Assembly: GCA_965223705.1 (NCBI GenBank)
Contig: OZ245015.1
Coordinates: 4,384,001 to 4,448,000, forward strand
DNA length: 64,000 nt
Direction: 5' to 3'
Source of the DNA: Myxococcota bacterium
GTDB lineage: Bacteria; Myxococcota_A; UBA9160; UBA6930
Of this stretch, positions 1-7,633 are shown in pieces. A model generated the notes under the pieces. The model saw only the letters and a list, made by a program, of their open reading frames with translations. It did not search any database and was not told where the DNA came from. The stretch's first letter is position 1. Every line of letters starts with the position of its first letter. The translations under genes were made by a program, and so were the position numbers.

Positions 1-1
1 T

Positions 2-256
2 CTGGGTCGACGGCTTCCGATTGACCTCATCGATTTGCGTTTTGAAGACGGCGAGGATCAAGACAAGGAGCTCGCGGTAGGAGTCGGAAAGTACGTCGGT
101 GAGCGCACGTTCCTTCGCTATGACCGGCGCTTCGGTCGCGAGCCGGTCGATGAGATTCGCGCTGAGTATCGACTCACGCCGCGCTGGAGTGTCGAGAGCT
201 CCGCAGCGAGCGATGGCGAAGCCAGTGCAGATATTCTCTTTCACCTCGATTACTGA
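2..256 (+). CDS. tamB: Translocation/assembly module TamB, C-terminal part (5' truncated by window)
   Basis: Frame open from base 2; 'VGKYVGERTFLRY...AEYRLTPRWSVES...ADILFHLDY' resembles the TamB/DUF490 C-terminal beta-strands ending in an aromatic residue. Confidence 0.7.
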   Translation: MGRRLPIDLIDLRFEDGEDQDKELAVGVGKYVGERTFLRYDRRFGREPVDEIRAEYRLTPRWSVESSAASDGEASADILFHLDY

Positions 257-271
257 AGGAAGCCACGATCC

Positions 272-1561
272 ATGCGAGCGCGCGATCGTTTCCGGCTGTT
301 GACCAGCGGCGTTGTGATGCTACTCGCTGCGGTGACTCGCGGTGAAGTCGATTATCCGATCGACGACGCCTACCTCGCCACGGTCATCGGAACGCCGCGC
401 GACGCTCAAGCTTCCGTGCCCACGAAGGTCCCGCTCGAGGTTCACTCGATCGTGCGTTTCCCCGCTCGGACAGTGCCCCGGGTGTTCTGGGCGAAAGGTC
501 TTCGTGTCGGTGCATCAAAGCAAGAAGGCCCGGCGCCGCTGGCGTTTGTCGTGGCCGGGACCGGGGGAAACTGGCGCGACAGGAAGGTGAGTTTTCTTCG
601 GCAGGCGCTCTACGGAGCGGGATTTCACGTCGTGGCCTTGCCATCGCCGATGCACGATTCCTTCGTCACCGCGGCCTCCGAGAGCAGTACCCCCGGCTGG
701 CCCCCCGCGGATGCCGAGGATTTGGTCGCGACGATGGAACTCGCCCGAGGCGAGATCGAAAAGGATGTTCCCGTTCTCGGAACTGTACTGGTCGGCTACA
801 GCCTCGGCGCAACGCAGACGGCTTTTGTGGCTGCTCTCGACGCCCGCGAGAAACGATTGGGCCTCGAGCGGGCGTATCTCATCAACCCCTCGGTACGACT
901 CTTTTCCTCTGCCGTCGTGATCGACGGTCTCTTCGACCGCGCCTTCCCCGACGGCGAGGAGAGCGTGAGCGCGCTTGTCGCGCAGGGTCTGCGCGAAGTG
1001 GCGGCCTATATCCACGGCCCGGCACGGCGCGGTCACCTGGGCTCCGAGTTCGTCCTGGCAGGTGTCGCCGAGGCGGCTGCGCCCGGTGAAATCCGTGGGG
1101 CCATTGCGGCCGCTTTTCGTCTCATGGCGGCCAACCTGAGTTTTTCGGTTGACCTCGTTACCGCGAAAGGTCGGATCGTTCCTCCGGACAACCGTTTGAC
1201 CGTGGGAACGCCGCTCGCACCGTATTTCTCCGAATCGCTTACTTGGTCGTTCACGCGCTATCTCGACGAGGTTCTCGTTCCCTATTGGCGGGCGAAGGAC
1301 GGCCTTTCGCGGGACGACCTCATTCACGGGGCCGGGCTGTTGCCGCTTCGGAGTTGGCTCGAGCAGGCGGACCACGTGGCGGTCACAACGAACGAGGACG
1401 ACTGGATTCTCGAAACCGAAGACCTCGCCTTCTTGAGGGAAACGTTCAAAGATCGGATCACCGTCCGAGCCAACGGCGGTCACTGTGGGAACCTGACGTA
1501 CGCTCCCCTCATTGCGGAGATGCTTCGTTTCGTTTCAGAACCGTGGGCAGAGCGCCGGTGA
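272..1561 (+). CDS. Secreted alpha/beta-hydrolase-fold protein
   Basis: Signal peptide; nucleophile elbow GYSLG; C-terminal GGHCGN His; stop overlaps the mlaA start. Confidence 0.7.
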   Translation: MRARDRFRLLTSGVVMLLAAVTRGEVDYPIDDAYLATVIGTPRDAQASVPTKVPLEVHSIVRFPARTVPRVFWAKGLRVGASKQEGPAPLAFVVAGTGGNWRDRKVSFLRQALYGAGFHVVALPSPMHDSFVTAASESSTPGWPPADAEDLVATMELARGEIEKDVPVLGTVLVGYSLGATQTAFVAALDAREKRLGLERAYLINPSVRLFSSAVVIDGLFDRAFPDGEESVSALVAQGLREVAAYIHGPARRGHLGSEFVLAGVAEAAAPGEIRGAIAAAFRLMAANLSFSVDLVTAKGRIVPPDNRLTVGTPLAPYFSESLTWSFTRYLDEVLVPYWRAKDGLSRDDLIHGAGLLPLRSWLEQADHVAVTTNEDDWILETEDLAFLRETFKDRITVRANGGHCGNLTYAPLIAEMLRFVSEPWAERR

Positions 1562-2253
1562 GTCGTCGAAGGCGCGCACTTTGGCTGGTCGCTTTCTTCT
1601 GGGCGACGCTCGGAGCGGCGGCCGAGGCAAGCCCGTCGGCGAGGCGGCCTCTCGCGAAGTGGGATCCCATCGAGCCGGCGAACCGCCGGATCTACCACTT
1701 CAACGTGTGGCTCGATCGTCGGATCCTGCTACCCGCGCTCGATATCTACCAGCGAGTTCCGCAGCCGCCGCGTACCGGCGTGAAGAATTTCTTCGCCAAC
1801 TTGGAAGAGCTACCGACCTTGGTCAACAGCCTGTTGCAAGGTTCTCCTGAGAAAGTTGCGACGACGGCAGCCCGGTTTGCGGTGAACTCCACCGTCGGGG
1901 TTGGCGGACTCTTTGATGTCGCGACGCGCCTCGGCCTGCGCCGCTACTCCGAGGACTTGGGTCAAACACTGGGTCGCTACGGATTCGGCGCGGGACCGTA
2001 CTTGGTACTGCCCCTTTTTGGCCCATCTAGTTTGCGAGACAGTTTCGGTCTGGTGGGAGACAGAAGCCTCCGCTGGTTGGTCGGCGTGGTCACGGTCGAT
2101 GACCTGAATACGGCTTTCTCGGTTTCATCCCCTCTCGAGGCGGTTTCACGTCGAGACAGCACCGACTTCCGCTATGCGGAACTCGGCCCATTCGAATACG
2201 AGCTCGTTCGCTACACATTTCTTGAATATCGCGCGGCGCTCGTCGGGGAGTAG
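1558..2253 (+). CDS. mlaA: MlaA/VacJ family outer-membrane phospholipid asymmetry protein
   Basis: Motifs DPIEPANRRIYHFN, NFFANL, RFAVNSTVGVGGLFDVA, EDLGQTLGRYG, GPYLVLPLFGPSSLRD; GTG start in GTGA overlap. Confidence 0.88.
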   Translation: MSRRRRALWLVAFFWATLGAAAEASPSARRPLAKWDPIEPANRRIYHFNVWLDRRILLPALDIYQRVPQPPRTGVKNFFANLEELPTLVNSLLQGSPEKVATTAARFAVNSTVGVGGLFDVATRLGLRRYSEDLGQTLGRYGFGAGPYLVLPLFGPSSLRDSFGLVGDRSLRWLVGVVTVDDLNTAFSVSSPLEAVSRRDSTDFRYAELGPFEYELVRYTFLEYRAALVGE

Positions 2254-2366
2254 CCGCCGGCGAGTCAAATTGTCTCAACGTGAGGCGCGGCGGCGCAAGT
2301 CCGATCCGTGAAACGACCTCGAGCGGTCGCCGTGTTTTGGCACTTGTCTTGCGTTTTCTGCGGCGC

Positions 2367-3749
2367 ATGGCGAGACCGCATCCCCTCGAACTGATTCGTC
2401 TCACGTCGCTCCGTCGACTGAGCGGGTCACTCGAGCATTTGGTCGAAACCCACCTCTGGGCTCGGGTCCTTGTCGGCCTCGTCTGTGGGATCGTCGTGGG
2501 CGTCCTGTTGGGACCGACGACGGGCTTCGTTCCATCCTCGGTGGCTGTTCCCCTCGCGAGCTGGATCGCGCTTCCCGGCGCGCTCTTTCTCGCCTTGGTC
2601 CAGATGATCGTCGTGCCGCTCGTGTTTTCGTCCGTCGTCCGTGGGTTGGCAGCCGGCGAGAACGTCGAACAGCTTCGGGAACTCGGCGTCACCGGAGGTG
2701 CCTTCTTCGTCGTCACGACAGTCGTCGCTACGGCGCTAGGACTGGGGTTGGCGCTGCTGATTCGCCCGGGTGACTTTCTCGACGCCGCGCAGGTGCGTGC
2801 CGCCATGACGGCGGAGGTCGCGCTCCCGTCGGAAGTGCCGACACCGCCTGGAATCAACCAGCTCCCGGACGTCGTCGTCGATCTCCTTCCCACGAACCCA
2901 CTCGCCTCGATGGTCGGCGGCGAAATGCTGCAGGTGATTCTCTTCGCCGTCGTCGTCGGCGTCGCTCTCGTCAACCTCGTCCCGGAAAAGTCGGCTCCGC
3001 TTTTCGACCTCCTCGGCTCTCTTCAAGAGGTTTGCATGAAGGTCGTCGCCTGGGCGATGCGGCTGGCTCCCCTTGCGGTGTTCGGACTCGTCGCACGGTT
3101 GACCTCCACCGTGGGCATCGAGGTGTTGGGCGGAATGGCCGTGTATGTCTTGACCGTCTTGCTGGGCCTCGCGCTGATGATGGGGCTGTTCGTCGCCGTG
3201 TCGGCGTTGATCGGAGGGATGGGACCGAAGGCATTCCTCTCGGCGACGCGCGAGGTCGTTCTGCTCGCGTTCTCGACCTCGAGTTCTGCCGCGGTCATGC
3301 CGCTTTCGATCCAAACCGCGGAAGAAAAGCTCGGTGTCCGCGCTTCGATCGGCCGTTTTCTCATCCCGCTTGGCGCGACCGTCAATATGAATGGCACGGC
3401 CCTCTATCAGGGAGTCGCGACCGTCTTCCTGGCGCAAGTCTTCGATGTATCGCTCGGTATCTTTGGACTGCTGCTCGTGGTCGTCACCGCCGTCTCTGCT
3501 TCGATCGGATCACCTGCCACACCGGGGGCTGGAATCGTGATCCTTGCGATGGTCCTCGAGGGCGCGGGAATCCCCACCGCAGGCCTGGCACTGGTCCTGG
3601 GCGTCGACCGAATCCTCGACATGAGTCGAACGGCCGTGAATGTGACGGGGGACCTCGCAGCTTGTCTCGTCGTACAGAGGTGGACCCAAGACGAGAAGCC
3701 AAAAGCGGAAGGCCACTCAAACCAGCGGGTTGAGATCCTCGGCCCCTAG
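2367..3749 (+). CDS. Dicarboxylate/amino acid:cation symporter (DAACS, GltP-like)
   Basis: AFSTSSSAAVMP, GATVNMNGTALY and DRILDMSRTAVNVTGD motifs; multiple TM helices. Confidence 0.92.
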   Translation: MARPHPLELIRLTSLRRLSGSLEHLVETHLWARVLVGLVCGIVVGVLLGPTTGFVPSSVAVPLASWIALPGALFLALVQMIVVPLVFSSVVRGLAAGENVEQLRELGVTGGAFFVVTTVVATALGLGLALLIRPGDFLDAAQVRAAMTAEVALPSEVPTPPGINQLPDVVVDLLPTNPLASMVGGEMLQVILFAVVVGVALVNLVPEKSAPLFDLLGSLQEVCMKVVAWAMRLAPLAVFGLVARLTSTVGIEVLGGMAVYVLTVLLGLALMMGLFVAVSALIGGMGPKAFLSATREVVLLAFSTSSSAAVMPLSIQTAEEKLGVRASIGRFLIPLGATVNMNGTALYQGVATVFLAQVFDVSLGIFGLLLVVVTAVSASIGSPATPGAGIVILAMVLEGAGIPTAGLALVLGVDRILDMSRTAVNVTGDLAACLVVQRWTQDEKPKAEGHSNQRVEILGP

Positions 3750-3891
3750 GAGCGCCCGCCGGCTGGCTTCGACGACCGGTTGTATGCGCGCAACGGCCGC
3801 GGGCAACTCCTCGCGCTGCCGAATGCGATCTTCCCTGGCCACCGCCAAATTCATATCTCCTCATCGGGTCCGCGCGATCGAAGGAGCTCCC

Positions 3892-3968
3892 TGGCGCCCC
3901 GGGCAGGACTCGAACCTGCGACCCGCTGCTTAGAAGGCAGCCGCTCTATCCAGCTGAGCTACCGGGGC
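3892..3968 (-). tRNA. tRNA-Arg (anticodon UCU)
   Basis: Reverse complement GCCCCGGTAGCTCAGCTGGATAGAGCGGCTGCCTTCTAAGCAGCGGGTCGCAGGTTCGAGTCCTGCCCGGGGCGCCA forms a cloverleaf; TCT anticodon; encoded CCA. Confidence 0.97.
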
Positions 3969-3991
3969 ATACCGAGAGGCTAGCCGAATCG

Positions 3992-4105
3992 GGGTTTGAC
4001 ACGTCCCGGCGAAGGGCAGAGCCTGGGTTTGACACGTCCCGGTGAAGGGCAGAGCCTGGGTTTGACACGTCCCGGTGAAGGGCAGAGCCTGGGTTTGACA
4101 CGTCC
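3992..4105. repeat. 33-bp direct tandem repeat, about 3.5 copies (GGGTTTGACACGTCCCGGYGAAGGGCAGAGCCT)
   Basis: Copies start at 3992, 4025, 4058 and 4091 (last partial); only one C/T difference between full copies; no spacers. Confidence 0.97.
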
Positions 4106-4122
4106 GCGTCCTCGGGTAGTGT
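4095..4122 (+). promoter_or_regulatory. Sigma70-type promoter of tRNA-His (TTGACA-16 bp-TAGTGT)
   Basis: Perfect -35 at 4095-4100; -10-like TAGTGT at 4117-4122, 15 nt before the tRNA. Confidence 0.7.
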
Positions 4123-4137
4123 CGATTGCCTCTGTGC

Positions 4138-4215
4138 GGTGGGTGTAGCTCAGTTGGTTAGAGCGCCAGATTGTGGTTCTGGAAGTCGGGGGTTCGAATC
4201 CCCTCATCCACCCCA
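4138..4215 (+). tRNA. tRNA-His (anticodon GUG), with encoded G-1
   Basis: G-GTGGGTG...CCAGA TTGTGGT TCTGG...GGTTCGAATCC...CATCCAC-C-CCA; G-1:C73 identity pair. Confidence 0.97.
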
Positions 4216-4232
4216 CGGAGAGGCCGCACCGC

Positions 4233-6278
4233 TCACTCGACGCGACGTACCGCGGCCGCCTTCGCCACCATCTCGAGCAGCTCACTCGGCCGGAAGGGCT
4301 TGGGTAGGTAGCTGCAAGCGGGGATCGGCGTGGCGTCAGCTCCGCCGAGACGGTCCGGGTAGCCGGAGACCAGGACGACGGGCACGTCGGGTTGTTCCGC
4401 ACGCAGGCGCCGCGTGAGTTCCACTCCGTTCATGCGCGGCATCACGATGTCGCTCACCAGCAGATCGATCGGTCCGACTTCGGCGAGACGCTCGAGCGCC
4501 TCGACGCCGTCGCTCGCCTCGACGACGCGATAGCCCGCCGTGCGCAGCGCTTCGCCCGCGAGTTCGCGCACTCGGGTCTCGTCCTCGACCAGGAGAATCG
4601 TGAGTGTCGACACCGGCGAAGCGCGCGTCGGTACGCTTTCCGCCGGGGTCGACTGGGGTACCCGGTAGGGGAAATCGATCTCGAACGCGGTGCCGGCGCC
4701 CGGTGCGCTCTCCACCGTAATTTCCCCGCTCATCTGCCGCACAATGCCGAACACCGCGAACAAGCCGAGCCCACTTCCAGCGCCGGGGTCCTTGGTCGTG
4801 AAGAACGGGTCGAAGGTTCGGCGCCTCACTTCTTCGTCCATCCCGACTCCGTCATCGCGGATTGTCAGAGTGACGCGCGGAGAGCTGGGGACGGCGGTCG
4901 CTCCGCGTCGGATACGCACGTCGATCTCGACCCGCCCGCCGTTCGGCATCGCGTCCCGGGCATTGAAGATCAGATTGAGGATGAGTTGCTCGATCTGGCC
5001 GTGGTCTCCGAGGATCCAGGCCGCTTCGTCGGGAACCGAGATCGCGACCTCGTTCTCACCGCCCATCAAACGCCGGAGCACATTCGACATGTCGAGCACT
5101 TCGCGGCCGAGGTCGATGGCCTGGGGATGCCCGACATGCTGTGCGCGAAACGCCAACATTTGCCGGATCAGCGTGCTCGCTCGCTCGGTGGCGGTCTGAA
5201 TCTCCGCGGCTGCCCTTCGGGTCGACCCGACCTCGACGTCTCGGGTCCGCAACAGCTCGGCGTAGCCCGAAATCACGGTGAGGACGTTGTTGAAGTCATG
5301 AGCGACTCCGGCCGCCAGCGTGCCAACCGCTTCCATCTTTTGGGAGTGCAGCAGTCGGTCGTGAAGGCGGCGAACTTCCGTGATGTCTTCGAGAGAGCCT
5401 GCGATCCGAATGACTTCGCCGCGCTCGTCGCAAACCGGGAAGCTCCGAACGCGCACCACCTTCTCGCTGTCTGACGACGAGCAGATACGACACTCGAAAT
5501 CTCGCGACGCCTCTGCGAGCGGGTCTGCAATGCTTCGCTCGACCGACGCGCGATCGTCGGGATGGACTTTTTCAATGAAGCGTTCCGCCCGGTAGTCCGC
5601 TTCCGACGCGGTAATTCCCACAATCTGTTCGAGGGTGCGGTTCGCGTAGAGAAGCTTCTCGCCCGTGCCATCGGCGAGAAAAATTCCCGTGCTGAGATGG
5701 TCTGCGAGCTCGCGAAGCCGAGCATCATTCTCCTCGCGAAGCCGGCTCGCTTGGTTGCGTTCCGCGATGTCCTCGAAGACCGCCTGCCCGCCGACCAGTC
5801 GACCCCTCTTTCCGAGAGTCGGGGCGAGGTGCACCCGCATCTCTACGGGACGCCCCCAATACGTGGTCCACGCCGCCTCGAAACTCACGGGCCTGAGTTC
5901 TCTGCGCACGTAAAGAAGCGCTTCCCTCGCCGCCGGCTGCGAGAAAAGTTTCGAATCCTGGATGCCGACGCGAAGCGCGGCGCTGGCGCCCGGTGCGCCC
6001 ATCATCTCGAGCAGTGCGGGGTTCGCGTAGCAGGGGCGCAGCTCCTCATCGCAAAGTGCTACGCCGAGGGGCATCGCGTCGAGAACCTGGGGATCGACGA
6101 GTCCTCGGGTCGGACGGCTGTTGCTTCTGGAGGCGGCCACGACCGAAATCGCCGCCGCCGCGACAGCGGAGAAACTGAGCCAGAAAGCGCCCGCGACCGC
6201 CGCGACAACGGCGGTCACGGCCAGCCCCGCAGCGGCTGCGCCGAACGGCCATCGACCGTACTGGTGGTGTTTCTCCAC
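4233..6278 (-). CDS. Hybrid sensor histidine kinase (2 TM, 2 PAS, HisKA, HATPase, REC)
   Basis: H-box AHDFNNVL, NARDAM, DDGVGMD, FDPFFTTK, GSGLGL; receiver LLVEDE/SDIVMPRMNG; GTG start at 6278 inferred. Confidence 0.92.
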   Translation of the reverse strand: MEKHHQYGRWPFGAAAAGLAVTAVVAAVAGAFWLSFSAVAAAAISVVAASRSNSRPTRGLVDPQVLDAMPLGVALCDEELRPCYANPALLEMMGAPGASAALRVGIQDSKLFSQPAAREALLYVRRELRPVSFEAAWTTYWGRPVEMRVHLAPTLGKRGRLVGGQAVFEDIAERNQASRLREENDARLRELADHLSTGIFLADGTGEKLLYANRTLEQIVGITASEADYRAERFIEKVHPDDRASVERSIADPLAEASRDFECRICSSSDSEKVVRVRSFPVCDERGEVIRIAGSLEDITEVRRLHDRLLHSQKMEAVGTLAAGVAHDFNNVLTVISGYAELLRTRDVEVGSTRRAAAEIQTATERASTLIRQMLAFRAQHVGHPQAIDLGREVLDMSNVLRRLMGGENEVAISVPDEAAWILGDHGQIEQLILNLIFNARDAMPNGGRVEIDVRIRRGATAVPSSPRVTLTIRDDGVGMDEEVRRRTFDPFFTTKDPGAGSGLGLFAVFGIVRQMSGEITVESAPGAGTAFEIDFPYRVPQSTPAESVPTRASPVSTLTILLVEDETRVRELAGEALRTAGYRVVEASDGVEALERLAEVGPIDLLVSDIVMPRMNGVELTRRLRAEQPDVPVVLVSGYPDRLGGADATPIPACSYLPKPFRPSELLEMVAKAAAVRRVE

Positions 6279-6413
6279 GGCCCCCCCGCGTCGACGGGAG
6301 CATAGTGGTCGGTGATTCCGCCGGGTAGCGCCCCCCGGGGAAAAGAAATACTTCAGGAACCGAAATCCGGCGTCCGGCGCTACACTTCGCCGTCGAGTTG
6401 CAGGAGCCCCCAA

Positions 6414-6656
6414 GTGAATCGAATCCGCGCCGCACGGGAAGCCCGAGGCTGGAGCCAAGACCATTTGGCGCACCAAGCCGGTGTCGCGTCACGGACCATC
6501 CACTCGATCGAAAAGGGAAAGAACTGCCGCCAGGCGACCAAGCGGAAGATTCTCGCGGCGCTGGGCGTCGCCTGGGAGTTGCGAGACGAATACTTCCCCC
6601 GCCCGGTTCGCGTCGCCCCCCCGAGCGCTTCCGAGCGCACGGCGCGCTCGGCCTAA
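6414..6656 (+). CDS. Small XRE-family helix-turn-helix protein
   Basis: NRIRAAREARGWSQDHLAHQAGVASRTIHSIEKG; AGGAG RBS before GTG at 6414. Confidence 0.85.
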   Translation: MNRIRAAREARGWSQDHLAHQAGVASRTIHSIEKGKNCRQATKRKILAALGVAWELRDEYFPRPVRVAPPSASERTARSA

Positions 6657-6706
6657 GCGCTCCGCTGGCGACGACGGTCCGCCTCGGGTATCACCGCCCT
6701 ACTCGC

Positions 6707-6783
6707 GCGCCGGTAGCTCAGCTGGATAGAGCATCAGGCTTCGAACCTGAGGGTCGGGGGTTCGAATCCCTCCCGGCGTGCCA
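6707..6783 (+). tRNA. tRNA-Arg (anticodon UCG)
   Basis: GCGCCGGTAGCTCAGCTGGATAGAGCATCAGGCTTCGAACCTGAGGGTCGGGGGTTCGAATCCCTCCCGGCGTGCCA; anticodon arm TCAGG-CT TCG AA-CCTGA. Confidence 0.96.
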
Positions 6784-6812
6784 CGCAGATCCCACGTGAC
6801 AACGAACCCCCC

Positions 6813-7633
6813 TCACCGGAGGACCGATTTCTGGGTCCCGGCGCCCTTTGCGGCTTGCTTCCAAAAATCGAGCGAGCCGTGCTCGAGGAGCTCGCGACCG
6901 CACTCGGCGAGGGCTTCGTACGCGGCGAGGTAGAAGCCACTACCCACGGAAACCCGCGCGACTCCGAGGGCTGCGAGCTCTGGCACCTTCGGCGTGTTGG
7001 GAAGCACGAGGACATTGAGCGGCGCCCCCGCTTCGCCCGCCGCTCGCTCGATTTCGGCCGGATCCGAGAGACCCGGCGCATACACGACGTCGGCGCCGGC
7101 CTTCGCGTACGCAACCAATCGGGTCAGCGTGTCATCGAAGGACGTGCGCCCGTGCAGGTAGTTCTCGGTCCGGGCGGTCAAGATGATCCGGTGCTCGGCG
7201 TCCCGGGCCGTCGCCGCGGCGGCGGCAATGCGCTCCACCGCGAGATCGATCGGGTATCTCCAATCGGGTCGTCGGCTCGACCGGAATAGTCCTCGACCGA
7301 GCAACCGGCGAGGCCGGTCGCTGCAGCGAGGCGGACGTTCGCAGCCACTTCCTCCGGCGCGTCGGCGAAGCCATTCTCGAAATCCGCGTTGACAGGCAAC
7401 GGTGTCGCCTCCACCAGCTCCGCCGCGTGGGCGAGCACTTCGTCGCGGCTCAAGCCGTAGTCCGAACGGCCGAGGCTACCCGCGTAGCCCGCGCTGGTGG
7501 TCGCAAGAGCCCGATACCCGAGCGATGCCAAGAGTTTGGCACTTCCAGGATCCCAAGGATTCGGCATGAGTAGCGGATCGCCTGGGCGATGAAGTTCGAG
7601 AAAAGCCGCCGCGCGGTTCTTCGCTTCGGTCAT
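6813..7633 (-). pseudogene. Isocitrate lyase/PEP mutase family protein, frameshifted near 7257-7261
   Basis: N-half (PNPWDPGSA, ATTSAG, NADFENGF, SVEDY) and C-half (LTARTENY, AGADVVYAPG, GVARVSVGS) lie in different frames. Confidence 0.8.

Noticed and set aside
3992..4105. Possible mini CRISPR array
   Set aside because: Units are contiguous and identical with no unique spacers; no cas genes in the window
3980..4402. ORF with repeated GRVKPRLCPSP peptide
   Set aside because: It is the translation of the 33-bp repeat and overlaps tRNA-His antisense; no RBS
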